Part shown: in pieces, positions 38,132-52,039 of the stretch
Position numbering within the stretch: position 1 is the first letter of the stretch
Layout: each line of letters begins with the position of its first letter
Position numbers and translations under genes: made by a program
Source: Octopus bimaculoides
Lineage: Eukaryota
DNA: 64,000 bases
Direction of reading: 5' to 3'
Assembly (NCBI RefSeq): GCF_001194135.2
Contig: NC_068983.1
Span: forward strand, 26,982,344-27,046,343
The notes under the pieces: model-generated
Databases searched by the model: none
Told to the model about the DNA's origin: nothing
Seen by the model: the letters and a program-made list of their open reading frames with translations, nothing else

Positions 38132-40289
38132 TTTTCATGTATATACATATGTAAGCATGTATGTATGTACATATGTATGCCTATATGGATGTATATGTCA
38201 TCTTCTATGTAATCAAAAACATGCATCTTGAAAATATTCTGTAATTCCCTTATGTTATTCCCAAGTTGTAATGCTTGAGCTAGATACAAAAGAATATAAC
38301 TAATGCACCATACTTCCAGAGATTTCCAATTTCAATCTCTGTTACGGTATTGCAGCATACAGTGCACCTAGAGCACTGTTTGAAGTGTATGATTTTAATA
38401 AATAATATACATGATCTTATGCATTATATTCTTATCCATGTATTTCGGTAATAACTTAGAAAAATCATTTGTACTTTGGTTACTGCATTGATATATGCGC
38501 ATGCGCGTGTGCGCCCGTGTGCATGGATGTACACAAGCGGAGGGATGTATCCATGCATACATACATATGTACACAGAACTTATATATACGCTTATACATA
38601 TATACATATCCCCACGTATACATACGTACTTCCACATACATATGTGTGCGTGCGTGTGAGCATGCGTGTTTTGTGTATGTGTTTGTGCGTGTGTGTGTGT
38701 ATGTGTGTGCGTGTGTGTGTCTATGTGTTAGATTGGAAAGATGGTCCTCTAACATTTTTGGCATTGCAATTTTCAATGTACATTGTCAATATTAATACAG
38801 TAAAATATTGTCATCAATTGGAAGCACTGCACAAAAATTCGCAGAAAATATCCTGTTCTTGGTCAATCTTATGGGGGTCTTATAACCGCACATTTTCTCC
38901 AAGTTACTCAGAAAATAATTGCAGCATTTTTCCTCATGCACTTTAGTTTCCTGATGTTATTCTATTTAACATCATGTTTTCAAGTCATTGCAATGTTATT
39001 TGAAAGAAAAGTTATTTATCAATTGTGAAGATAAAATAATACTGAATAGTTCTTTTTCTTAAGAATCTTACGCCCGAGGGAGTGATCTACTATTGGCCAA
39101 ACAGATCGGATATGTAATCCAAAGGAGGAAATATTACCTAGATTTAATATATCAAGTAAAACCATACAAGCATTTGTTTTCCATCCTGAAATATGTCAAA
39201 GCAATATTTTATTATTTCGACAACGTTAAGATAAAATGCATAAACTAGATTTCAATGGGTTTTGAACATCGTAAATAACCATAAGTACTGCATATCATGA
39301 TATATGGTCATGTACGTACTCTGCTCCGAATAGTACTTAGGAATAGCTTGATTCATATGACATTTTCTGCATAAATATCCGTTTCCTACGCATGTCTACA
39401 ATAGAACTCGCTTTGAATTAGCCTCACGTCGAAGTTAATCTCTGCTGAACCACAGCACTGGAAACAGATTATTGCAGTGAATGAAGACATGTTCTACCCT
39501 CGCGTCTGTGAAAATGTCAGAGAAATAGTCATGCATGGCAATAATATATGTACACCTCTCATCGTTTCTATCAAAATGTGTGAATATACATTTATAGGTT
39601 AACGTAAAGTACCATTCAGATTGTAACAGAAATAATATGTTACGTCGGAATCATAATTGATACCGCCACAACTGCTTAAAGGAAGCATTCATAAATGTCC
39701 GTTATATTAGAAAAAATATCTAGAGTACTGCCATAATAATAAATCCCGTTCACTACCGAACCTAGAGAACGGCCGATTGGAAATCTGAAGATGGTGAACT
39801 TATGCATATAAAGAACTTAAAACTTACTATAGAGAACAAAAAAACAGAGTGTGGGAGAGAGAGGGAGAGAAAGAAAGAGAGACAGAGAGGAAGAGAGAGA
39901 GGGAGTGAGAGAAAGAGAGAGACAGAGAGGAGATTCACACCTAGGTTAATATTTTAGCAATCTGCGTATGTCATAATTGCCACATATCTTTTCATACCAG
40001 AAGTATTGTAATCACCATTTCCTTTCCATAAGCCATTGTTTTTAACTTTAAGATATTGAAAAAAGAATACACCACCGAAAATGTGATGCAGAGGTGTTAA
40101 AATCGTAATATATTAATGTTTATCTTTTACTTCTCTTCCATTTCTTTATCTCTAATGTGCATTGTGTTAGCTTTAAGTACACATACAGCCTAACACACGT
40201 GTGCACATATATACAAGTGATGCACAAAACAATTGTAAAACTTTGTCATTGAAATTTATTAATAGAGAGTTGGTCGAATTTATGCGCCC

Positions 40290-40700
40290 ATCAAAATTGT
40301 ATATCAAGGAATTCACCACTATTTGTTCCAGACGGTTACTAGGCGATTTCGAAGTCACCCTTCAAGTAAAATCCGCTTTAATCCGTTTCATTGACGATGC
40401 CGAAAACAAGAGTTTCTCACCCACTGCTCCAAAATACAGCAGTGGACCGTTCGGTTATACAGAAATTTGGTGATAGCACTGATCAATCCAACATTATTGA
40501 CCTGGAAGATTGCATTGCAACCGAGGAATGATATTTTTACCCCTGGATGGACATGGTCCGCCAAAAGACTCACGTAATCATTGATGTTATCTTTGATGTG
40601 CCGAAAGACTAAAGAGTCTAGAGAACTCCGTTATATGGCGGCCCATATCCTCAGAGTCATCTCTATGCTTCTCAGAATTAATGGATTCTTTGGATTGTTT
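40290..40700 (+). mobile_element. Possible decayed pogo/Tigger (DDE_1) transposase fragment
   Basis: 'IFLPLDGHGPPKD' resembles 'LLILDGHGSHKD'. It is flanked by 'SSG..YTEIW' and 'GFFGL' in the expected order. Confidence 0.35.
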
Positions 40701-40807
40701 TGAGTCTTAAACTCGACCCAAAGAAGGAAAAAAAAAAAGGCAAATGAGCAATAATCAGAAAAAATAACATTATTCCACTAAACAACTCTCCGCTTATGAA
40801 TGTCAGT

Positions 40808-41125
40808 GGGGAAGACCAATTGCAGCCCTCCCCTCGTATCGAGGGTCATGGATGTCCCGACGAACAACTTTAGTAGACATAGGTTTGATAATATACTCGT
40901 TTAAAATCGCTGTTACATTCGCTGCCGTAATTTGATGATGTTTTAGACATATGTCTCATTACTCTGCGATAACCCGCTATGAGCTTAGGTTTCTGCCCAG
41001 AGTTATGCAAATCAGCACTGGTCTTAATTTGATTTTCGAATGCCAACACGATTTTACAGTTTGCGCCCCTGAAAACATTAAAAACAATCTGCATCTTTAG
41101 TTCCATCGATCTACACTCCAACAAT
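40808..41125 (-). mobile_element. Tc1-family transposase N-terminal (second HTH) fragment
   Basis: 'SGQKPKLIAGYRRVMRHMSK', then after a frameshift 'HHQITAANVTAILNEYIIKPMSTKVVRRDIHDPRYEGRAAI', matching the Tc1 'TTAAKVTAELN..VSTKTVRRELH...GRAAI' pattern. Confidence 0.75.
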
Positions 41126-41438
41126 TTATCCCCTTTGTGAATCAGACAGGACGTGGATTTTAACTTACGTCAGGAAAAAAAAACAAAACGAAAGACGGAG
41201 TGCTATGTCATGACGTTTCATAGTACACATCAAACATGAAATACATATATACATAGACTCCAGCAGTTTTGAATTTGTCAAATTATCAACAGAAAACAAA
41301 AGTTAAGTGTTTTCGTTTTGTCCAATAGCTGTATATGAGCGATGTCAGCAGGCAAATGCATGTGTATGTGTGTGTGTATATGTACATAATGTGCATATGT
41401 TAATATGTACGCTCACGCACACACTCACAGACACCGAT

Positions 41439-41508
<70 letters not shown>

Positions 41509-42260
41509 ATATATGTATATTTATATATGTATATACGTACTTATTTCACGTAACAATTTCTATCGGTGTCAGAAATCACAACTCAGGCGTTTATTATGCA
41601 AAGTAATCTCCATCATCAAGTTGTCGTTAAACGACTTAAAAAAATAGAAATTTGTTCAGTTGAAGTCTCGACAATATAGTAAATATTCTGTAAACAATTC
41701 TTTTAATACTCTTTGCTTATCAAATATCATTTCAACTACTCCAGAAATGGAAGTTTTAACCATGTTATGTTTTGTTTGTGAATTCTAATACGTTTTCTGT
41801 AAGAGATTATACATAGCATTTAAAAGCATCTTGTCAAACTGACATACCAGTTTCAACAGGCAATTACCTGCAATTCTTGATAATCGAATCTTTCTATACA
41901 GTCTTCTTTATTTCTCACCCTTGAATCGGATTTAAGTTGACTGGTGTTAGATTTGTTTTTTTCTTCATTCAACTATTCGACATGATAGACCGTTACGTTG
42001 TCGTAGAACAGGTTACTATAGAAAGAGTACGCTTTTGTATTTTGTAGGATATGAAGGATTAATTGGCAAAGTCAAGCATGGCACTAAGTAAAGGAAGGAA
42101 ACTAAATACTCGAAGGACAGAATTTACTAAGTCACCTTACGAAATTTGTAAACATTAAATCCCTATAGAGAAAGTATTGGTGGATTAAGTTGTCAAATAA
42201 ATCAATGCATCTGTACATGCATACAAGCAAAAATACATATATATATATGTACATATTGCA

Positions 42261-42323
<63 letters not shown>

Positions 42324-42779
42324 TGTGTATGTGTGTGTGTAAGTGTTCACGTGTGCATGTATGTGGTAGATACTGATCAGGATGACACTGATGCTTGTTC
42401 TGGTTTCGCATCGCGAAATCAAATGTGAATTCATGGAAAATTCAAGTAGCAAGGACAAAAAAAAGCATCAACATATGTAAAATAACAAATATTTTCTGCT
42501 ACATCTATGAATTATTTTCCCTCTCTTGATGGTTGAAAAGGATATTTGTATACATGCATATATACATAAATTCACACACACACGCGCACGCACATACACA
42601 CACGCATACAAACAAGCATTATATATGTGTGTTTCTATGCAAATTCACATAAATGCATAAATTCAAATGCAATTGTGTATAGAGAGAGATTCGTACAAGG
42701 GTCATCTCGACATAGGTGTGTTGCAAATGATTCCAGAACCGAGCGGGGCCGTTCTTCTCAGGATCGAGCAAGCCACCTT

Positions 42780-42890
42780 TCTTCTAGGAGAGAGAATATT
42801 ACGAGAAAGAAAAGAATCTGTATACGGAAGGCACTTTTCTCGTCGCCCCCTCAAATGGTAAGAAGAAAGGTTGAACAAAACGGGATAAGA
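42780..42890 (+). mobile_element. Possible mariner transposase C-terminal scrap
   Basis: Frame-hopping 'EKNLYTEG', 'PLKW' and 'RKVEQNG' resemble the mariner end 'FY..GI..LP.RW.KV.EQNG'. Confidence 0.3.
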
Positions 42891-42958
42891 TCGCAGAGGG
42901 CTAAGAAATGGAAACATTACGATTGCCAGATAAGTTTATCAGTATATGTAACATCAGA

Positions 42959-43195
42959 AAGGGGGCGAGATGGCAAAATAGTTAGCACACCGGACAAAAT
43001 GCTTAAGCGCATTTTGTTCGTCTTAACTTTCTGAATTCAGATGCCGCCGGAAATGACTTTGTATTTCATCCATTCGGGGGGTCAATAAATTAAGTATATT
43101 ATATGAAATAAGTTGAATATTGGGGTTAATTTAGTCGACTTAACCCCTTCCCCATAACTACTGGTCAAGTGCCAAAATTTGAGACCAATATATAT
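42959..43195 (+). mobile_element. SINE family B, near full length and decayed
   Basis: The head 'ggggcgagatggcaaaatagttagcacaccggacaaaatgcttaagcg' and the body 'tttcatccattcgggggtcaataaattaagta' are the reverse complement of the motifs at 1156-1410. Confidence 0.8.
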
Positions 43196-44010
43196 GAAAC
43201 CAGAACAAATCTGCCGCCTTGTGTATATCTGTGTATGTACATACATAATAAACAATATATACATATATCTTAACACATATTTGTTATCCAAAATCTGAAA
43301 GCATTTTCAGTTGAACCAATTTCATAAGTAATAAATACTTCAAAAATGTTCACTGCACCATGGCAGTGATACTAAAAAAAAGCTGTTTATTACTGCACAT
43401 TTAGAAATACGACACATATTTATGAGAAAGCAGATAAATCTGTTCTGTATTCTTATAGCAAACAATTCTAAATAATCAGCAATGTGATAGATCCCTACGT
43501 TAAAATTTCATTGCTTTCAATGATCATTATTATGCAAATAAGTTGCAACACGTTCTATTCAGCAGCATTTCCGTAACGTGTAGAATTGATGATGAGCTGG
43601 CGATCGCAATGGATTTCCGTTTTGAAGAAACTCTAATGCGTTTCAACAACAGGACTGTTATAATCTCTAATTAATAGTCGTCTAGGGGCATGGATTTGAT
43701 GAAGAACGTTTTGGAATAAAAATTCTAAACGAAACGCGTTACGAGACTTCTCCTGAAAGAAATGATATGAAGTACTTTGCTAGTCTCGTTAGCATAAGTT
43801 CTTGTTATGGTAATTTCGAAATTACAATTAACATATATTTCAAAATTTTTGTTTAGATTTATAATCCTTTTTATATAAAGGTAGACAAAATATTATAGAA
43901 ACTAAATATACATATAAAAACAAATACATGGATAAATACAATTCCATCCTATGCTAGATACACAAACATACAGACACTCACACATCCGTACATATAAAGT
44001 AAGAAAACGC

Positions 44011-44011
44011 G

Positions 44012-44080
<69 letters not shown>
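44011..44080. repeat. (GATA)n microsatellite
   Basis: Directly visible. Confidence 0.97.
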
Positions 44081-44081
<1 letters not shown>

Positions 44082-45579
44082 GTACAGAGGGAGAGAGAGT
44101 GAGAAAAACAGACAGACAGGTAAACAAAGAGATTGGAATTCATAGTCGATATTTAAAAATTTTCTGTGGCGTAGCTTCTGAATCATAGATTGTCCAAGAG
44201 AGCACCCTACAATTTTAATCTAACAAACAGAGACAGTGATCTACACGCATGAATTTATTAGATTTCAGCCCGACAAATATTTAAACTTAATCTCTCTAAT
44301 CCATCTCTGCTCAAGGTTATAGTTAGCAATTAAGCATATGTAGGAGATTCTGTTGCACTGAAAGGAATTTTCGATTTATGTCTTCACTGTTTTAATTATG
44401 TACAGTGGGTGCTTTTTGATCGAATATGTAAGATGTTCGCAATGCAAACGTGTGTTCTTGGAATAGAGGGCAAGTTGGGCAAATGTAATTTCTTTTGACC
44501 AAGAGTTGAGTCAATAACCCTGAGTTAATTTGAAATGGAAGTTTTATAGAACACCCACCAGTAGATTCTGTGAGTAAATCGAAGAGTACTGACTTGTTGC
44601 ATACTGTGTGACGCTGATCTGATTGTGCCAGAGACTTACGTTAAGTATACGCCTACAGGTGACGTCCTGTTAATTAAAGAGCAGGTCATTTATCTTATAA
44701 AACAACTTTGAAATCGTTGAATGAGGTGATCCACTCAGACCATCTTTCGTATACATCTCCAAATGTGTGACATAAATTATTTATCACATGTTGAGCACTG
44801 CGTGTGTAATCTATAAAGTTGGTACTGAAGTTCTCCCAAAATTCTTAACTTCTTTTCCATTAGTAACCTATAAAGAGCTTCTCGTCAATTCTCCTGCTGA
44901 CAGCACGAATCACTGTGTGGTATTTCACAGTAAAGTGTTTGAGAGAGGGAGAGTGGAGAATGGGAATGTAAGGCAAGTCTCACTGAATATATATATATAT
45001 TTATGCATCGATGCATATGTACGTACATTCATATATATATATATATATATANNNNNNNNNNNNNNNNNNNNNNNNNNNNNNNNNNNNNNNNNNNNNNNNN
45101 NNNNNNNNNNNNNNNNNNNNNNNNNNNNNNNNNNNNNNNNNNNNNNNNNNNNNNNNNNNNNNNNNNNNNNNNNNNNNNNNNNNNNNNNNNNNNNNNNNNN
45201 NNNNNNNNNNNNNNNNNNNNNNNNNNNNNNNNNNNNNNNNNNNNNNNNNNNNNNNNNNNNNNNNNNNNNNNNNNNNNNNNNNNNNNNNNNNNNNNNNNNN
45301 NNNNNNNNNNNNNNNNNNNNNNNNNNNNNNNNNNNNNNNNNNNNNNNNNNNNNNNNNNNNNNNNNNNNNNNNNNNNNNNNNNNNNNNNNNNNNNNNNNNN
45401 NNNNNNNNNNNNNNNNNNNNNNNNNNNNNNNNNNNNNNNNNNNNNNNNNNNNNNNNNNNNNNNNNNNNNNNNNNNNNNNNNNNNNNNNNNNNNNNNNNNN
45501 NNNNNNNNNNNNNNNNNNNNNNNNNNNNNNNNNNNNNNNNNNNNNNNNNNNNNNNNNNNNNNNNNNNNNNTATATATAT

Positions 45580-45632
45580 ACGATGGGCTTCTTTCAGTTT
45601 CCCTCTACCCAATCCACTTGCAGGGCTTTGTT
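45580..45632 (-). mobile_element. SINE family A internal fragment
   Basis: Minus strand 'ggattgggtagagggaaactgaaagaagcccatcgtatata'. Confidence 0.7.
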
Positions 45633-45906
45633 CACCACTGAGTTTGCATTCACGTGACATGATTTCCCATGTAAGCAGAAAATCGTTAAATACGGGTCAA
45701 GGTAGAGCATACTTTAGGTGGTTAAAAATAGGAGGATTTTTTTTTTTTTTTAGTCCCTGGTAATCGCGATATTTTTATTTAGCAACATCTTTTCACAGGA
45801 ATAAAAGAAAGAAAAACTAAACTGTATAAGAGCTTAATTTATCAAGAATACATAAATCCAGGATTGCTTAAACGAGGAGATAAAGAAAAATATACAAAAG
45901 GAGGGG

Positions 45907-46266
45907 TTAAGCGGCAAATGATGGATACGGTGAATAACAAGTTGTACGTGCCAGTCCAGATGATTTGTTAAATCGTGAAAATGCGGACATATTTGTAAAG
46001 GTGTTGCCGTCGTGCCGCAGTGATCCCGATTGTGTGTGTGTAATCAGCAGTGCGGTGTCTGAGAACTGCTGAGTTCTTGGCGGTGAAAGATACAATCTAG
46101 CGTGTATATTTTTTAAATTCTTTTCTAGATTATGCGCAGCGATAATCGGTTTTAGGGTGGAAGCATCCAGGATCAATTCGCAACTGCATGCATACTTAAG
46201 CTCAAAATTTGAGATATACTCCATCGCTCGTTTGAGTATATCATCTCTTAAGTATCTCAAAGCCAT
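45907..46266 (-). pseudogene. Decayed Tc1-like transposase segment (end of HTH to first catalytic Asp region)
   Basis: The 119-aa ORF contains 'LILDASTLKPIIAAHNL' and 'SLRHDGNTFTNMSAFS..SSGLAR'. These resemble the Tc1 motifs 'VS.STIRR.L...L' and 'W..VLFTDESRF..SDGR.R'. Confidence 0.4.
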
Positions 46267-47355
46267 GATTTGCTATATCTTCTTTGAGATGAAATTTCTT
46301 CTAATCCTTGTTTTGTAACATTACCCATATCTTTCGATTTCATAGCATTTCTCTTTTCTTATTCCCATATTCACGGCTATGTATTTCTACGTACAACCAA
46401 CATATTAATAGACCATGTAATCTGCGGAAGCGAAGTAAAGGAACAGGTAGTTGAATGATATACAAACTTTAAGCGTATTTTCAATTAATTACGTATACTA
46501 TGCATACTTACGTATCCTCAAATATGTATAAATGTAAATGCACATATCTAGGTATGTTTAATATGAATAGGCAAGATTTTACAGAAATGAGTGAAGTTCA
46601 ACGAGAATAGCCTATATCACATACGCATTTAGATCGTTATTCATATATAACAAAGTGTTATTATATACGTATAGAAATACTTGTATTCGAACATATCTCT
46701 AAGGTGGTGGTGGATATCTTGTTATATACGTCATGCATGTGAGTGCGCTAATGTACGTTTATACCAAAAAAAAATAGCAACTTCAGGGCACACTGTGTTG
46801 GTGAACGTACGCTCAGGTATAGATCTCTTGTTTCTTTTCTCAGCATGCATGCATGTGTGATTCTAATTATTTCCCTTTCATACATAATTCGTTTCAGCAT
46901 GACGATCACAATCCCATATGCCTGTGATGCAATACCGCTACCTTCATTAATTTCATCATGCTTAGATGATATCTGAACTAACCACGCTCACCAAATTGAT
47001 CTGATGGTCATCTTGTTACATGTCATGTGAAATGCTTTTGCTAAAAATGGTTAAATGATTAAAAAAAGAATCGAATACTGGTGGGGAAATTTTAGATTTT
47101 CAGAGACAGTGCCAATATAGCGAAAAAATTAGATTGTCTACACACAACGCACAGTATTGATCTCTATTCCTTTCTTTCAGTTGCAATCATTAATGCACAG
47201 ACACTCACGCATACACGTACACAAAAAAAGTGCACACGCGTGCATATGCATGTACGTATGTACAGGACCTGTCCAATTGTCCGTTAACATCAGAAAAAGA
47301 GAAATGTCCCAGATTTCAGAATAATCAAGTTTTCTCAAGACAGTATGTACATATG

Positions 47356-47394
<39 letters not shown>

Positions 47395-48243
47395 ATATAC
47401 ACGTGAGTATATGTTCGTGTGTGTGTATGTCTTTGTGCATGTATATGCATTTGCGCGTGTGTCTGTATATATCCATATATATATACGTGTGTGTGTGTGT
47501 GTGTGTGTGTGTGTCTGTGTGTGTGTGTGTATATAGATATATATACTTGCACACACACACACACACACATGTGTGTATATAGGTATACACACACACACAC
47601 GTATTTCTTTACCTGTACAGACACATAGTTTATGGCTCGTATTATTGGCTTAAACGTTTATGTCTTTCCTTAATCGTATTGTCATATGAAGAATCGTTAT
47701 GTCGGCGTTTAATACATCTCTCGGGGGTTCACACATGACGCGTTAAGAAAAGTCTTCATGTAATTAATTCTAAGAACATTTTAATTTGTAAGTGTTTATG
47801 ATAGTCACACTTCTATTTGAGGAGGTTTTCTATTTCTTTAATTTTCTAAGTGATTCCTAAGTTGTTGACAATTTCTACTCAAGACGGGTTTTAGATAACA
47901 CATTAAAGTATTTACTTTCAGACAGGACACCGATTATATATAAACGAGCTATAAAACTTCCGACTCTAATTTTATCATTTATAGATGGTCCAAGATATAT
48001 TATTGGCACCTCGTTTGAAACAAAATCTTCCGAACATCTCTATTTACAAGTATCATATAATTTCTATTGACCAAGTCCCTGTATTCATGAACGCTAATAC
48101 ATTTACGATTGTAATGAAATTTAAGAAATGCTTTCTAGCAAACTTATTCGTGTATAAACACATATAAACTCGCCAGCACACGCACAAACGCATTATATAT
48201 TTATGTGTGTGTGTGTGTATGTGTGTATATATATACACATATA

Positions 48244-48484
48244 CACAGGTTTGGCCAAAAGTTACTCAACAGTAAATACTTAATATTTAAATAAATATTA
48301 AATGTTCAATTGTGTTTATTCATTTGGAAAAATGGTGTCGCTGTAGAAAGACTCCAATTAAACAATTTTCATGAAGTTTCATATTTAGTTGCTTGTATTA
48401 AATTCATTCAATTTTTAAGCATAAGTAGATCTTGGAATTGATTGGTTTTGATTTACTGCAAGGTGACTTTTGGCCAAAGCTCTA
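48244..48484. mobile_element. Tc1/mariner-type MITE, 241 bp, about 22-bp TIRs, TA target-site duplication
   Basis: Left end: TA|cacaggtttggccaaaagttac. Right end, reverse complement: TA|tagagctttggccaaaagtcac. The interior is AT-rich and non-coding. Confidence 0.8.
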
Positions 48485-48699
48485 TATACATACATACATA
48501 GAGATAGATAGACAGACTGCTAAAGCTATGTAAATATATATAGATATAGATTAATCTTATATTTTGTATCTTTTCATTTGTCTTGCTCGATTACGTTCTG
48601 GCGTTTGCTGAATTTTCTTGAAAACAATATTTTCTCAGTGGTCAGACCATACGGAGTCTACATCTAGCATAATGGATATCCACTTAGTAGTCATCCCTC

Positions 48700-48744
48700 T
48701 ATTATGTATGTAGATATAGATAGATAGATAGATACATACATACA

Positions 48745-48778
<34 letters not shown>

Positions 48779-48830
48779 CATACATACATATATATATACA
48801 TACATATATACATACGAACATATAGATATA
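48700..48830. repeat. (TAGA)n to (TACA)n compound microsatellite
   Basis: Directly visible. Confidence 0.95.
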
Positions 48831-48837
48831 TGTATTA

Positions 48838-49290
48838 GTCACAGGCGTGAGTGTGTGATAAGAAGTTTACTTCCCAACAACATGGTTCCAGCTTCAGTCC
48901 TCCTACGCGGTGCCTTGGGCAAATAATTTCTATTACAGCCTCGGGCCGACCAAATCATTGTGAGTGGATTTGGTAGATGGCAATTGAATTGAAAGAAGCT
49001 CGTGATATATATGTGTGCGTGTGAGTGTGTATGAGTGCCTGTGTGTTCGTGTGGCTTTGTGTGTGTGTTTGTGTTTGTATGTGCGTATCTATGTGTCTTT
49101 GCTATTCTGCTTGTCACCTACAATCGTTTGACAACTTGTATTAGTTTATATTTCCCTACTTTGTTACTACTGGAAAAGAGACCGATAGAATAAGTACCAG
49201 GTTTTAAAATAGTACTGGGGTTGATTAGTTCAAATAAAGACCCTTACAGGTGGTGCCCCAGTCGTATAGCTGCAATGGATTGAGAAACAA
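48838..49290 (+). mobile_element. SINE family A, full length
   Basis: tRNA-like head with B-box-like 'ggttccagcttcagtcc', then 'ccttgggcaa...gggccgaccaaa', an internal (TG)n, and the 3' part 'gagaccgatagaataagtaccagg...gaaacaa'. Confidence 0.88.
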
Positions 49291-50166
49291 TATACAACAT
49301 CCTATGGTACATCTTTTTTCCCCTGATGACATGATACTCATGTCACATAAATGCATATTTGATGTACAAATTGGTAATTAAATTACTGAATATTGATTGA
49401 AACGGTTGTAAGAATAGGAGGTGACAAAATTGTTAATAATAAATAATTGTTAACTTCCTTATCTCCATCTTCTGTTCTACATTTAACTGGATATATATAT
49501 ACATATATAGACAGTGTGAGACTGTCTATACAGCAAGAATGATTAGTAAGTACACCGATCTAGATATATACACACATGCATAGATGGTGTATGCGTACGT
49601 ACATATACAGAAACACACACGTGTGTGTGTGTACTTATATGTATATATTCAGAAATTCATTGCGTGTTTTGAAATTCATGAGCGTTGTTCTTCACATTTT
49701 TTCCTTTAGTGCAAATACTATTAACCTGTACAATGTCATTTGCTTTATTCATACTTTATTCGCTTGTATTTAACTTTATATCAAGTCTTGTCTTTTTTTA
49801 TTCGTCAAACTGAAATTGTATTATCCAAAAGAATTCATCAATTGTGAAAAGTTTAACCACCTGTCCAATAAGCATCAGACACTTATTTAGTGACTTAGGA
49901 ATTGATGTTCGCTGCTCCATTTAATAACATAAAAATCATTGCATTGCTCGGACTTTTTACATATGTCTGACATTCACGTTATGTGTGTTAGAAAGAAAGA
50001 CTTTGTGAAATTTCCCCGTTTCAATAAAAAGCTACGTTTTACCGTATCTCTCTTATTTGAGTACAGCGTTCTTGACGTTGTCTTACACTATGTGTTCATA
50101 CGTATATATAAACGCGCGTGTCTGTGTGTATGTGTGGTCATATTACATATGCGCATGCATTTGTTG

Positions 50167-50221
<55 letters not shown>

Positions 50222-51639
50222 NNNNNNNNNNNNNNNNNNNNNNNNNNNNNNNNNNNNNNNNNNNNNNNNNNNNNNNNNNNNNNNNNNNNNNNNNNNNNNN
50301 NNNNNNNNNNNNNNNNNNNNNNNNNNNNNNNNNNNNNNNNNNNNNNNNNNNNNNNNNNNNNNNNNNNNNNNNNNNNNNNNNNNNNNNNNNNNNNNNNNNN
50401 NNNNNNNNNNNNNNNNNNNNNNNNNNNNNNNNNNNNNNNNNNNNNNNNNNNNNNNNNNNNNNNNNNNNNNNNNNNNNNNNNNNNNNNNNNNNNNNNNNNN
50501 NNNNNNNNNNNNNNNNNNNNNNNNNNNNNNNNNNNNNNNNNNNNNNNNNNNNNNNNNNNNNNNNNNNNNNNNNNNNNNNNNNNNNNNNNNNNNNNNNNNN
50601 NNNNNNNNNNNNNNNNNNNNNNNNNNNNNNNNNNNNNNNNNNNNNNNNNNNNNNNNNNNNNNNNNNNNNNNNNNNNNNNNNNNNNNNNNNNNNNNNNNNN
50701 NNNNNNNNNNNNNNNNNNNNNNNNNNNNNNNNNNNNNNNNNNNNNNNNNNNNNNNNNNNNNNNNNNNNNNNNNNNNNNNNNNNNNNNNNNNNNNNNNNNN
50801 NNNNNNNNNNNNNNNNNNNNNNNNNNNNNNNNNNNNNNNNNNNNNNNNNNNNNNNNNNNNNNNNNNNNNNNNNNNNNNNNNNNNNNNNNNNNNNNNNNNN
50901 NNATATATATATATATATATATAGACATACACACACACACACACGCACACACATAAATATATATATATATATATTTGCATAATCATGGGTGTGAGCGCGT
51001 GTATGTTTGTATATCAATATATACGTAGTTATACCTATTACACATACTTACCATGTACAAACGTTTAGGGCATAACATGTAAATGTGTCAATGCGAGTCG
51101 ATAAGGAAGGAAATATAGTTTCAGCAACACACCTGACCCTATTTGCTGTAACAAAAGGCCATGTATTTCAATTTACTCAGTTGAAATGATTATTAATGAA
51201 CATTTTCAAAAGATATTGCCATCTCAATCAGCATGTGTAACATGGGGGTGGTCAATTCAGAATTTAATTGGACTTACAATTAATGTTGTTGTTGATTTTA
51301 TTGGTATTATTTAACCACAAATCGGCCCTCATCTAGCCGGTTTGCTAGTGATTAATCTTCAACGCACATCAATTTCAAGGAAACCCATTAGTTGCTATGC
51401 AGAAACAGAATAAAAAAAAAAGACAAATGATACATGGATACATGTAACACACTGAAGAAAACCCATTGTTTCCTTCACTATGTCGCATGTGTCCATTCAT
51501 GATTTTTTTTTCTTTTTCTGTTTCTGCATTGCAACTATTACATTGATATAACTATATGTATATGTGTGTTTTGTCATTACATGTTTATGTAACCGCAAAT
51601 GTATGTTGTCTTCTAATTCCAAATATACTGAACCCATTG

Positions 51640-51850
51640 ATTTCAAATTATGGCACAAGACAAGTAAGTTCGAGGGAGTGGTAAGCGGATTATGTCAACC
51701 CAGTACTTAACTGATAATTATTTTATCGACCACGAAATAATAAAAGGCAATGTTGACTTCAGCAGAATTTATATTCAGAACGTAAAGACGGTTGAAATGC
51801 CGCTAAGTATTTTGCTAAACCCGCTAACAATTCTTCTACCTCTCCTCCTC
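51640..51850 (-). mobile_element. SINE family B, decayed
   Basis: 'cagtacttaactgataattattttatcgacc...cagaacgtaaagac...ctaag' parallels 1156-1274. Confidence 0.75.
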
Positions 51851-52039
51851 ACGAATACTATGCATATTAATCAGAATATTCTGATTCACCATTTTCAATG
51901 ACACATTCTGCCATATGCGTATTTTGCACAACTCCTCTTAGTTATTTTACTGAAGCTTCTTCGTCGTATTTACAATCGGCACCATTACTAACTTAGTATT
52001 GGTATTTCCACCGCTCCGTTCCGGCAATTGACACAAATA

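Noticed and set aside
42627-43034. 135-aa ORF resembling an L1/Tx1 ORF2 linker
   Set aside because: Its C-terminal part is read from the SINE at 42959, so the similarity is coincidental.
49325-49345. ctgatga overlapping the hairpin tgacatga-tac-tcatgtca
   Set aside because: It is a simple 8-bp inverted repeat with no GAAA after the stem.
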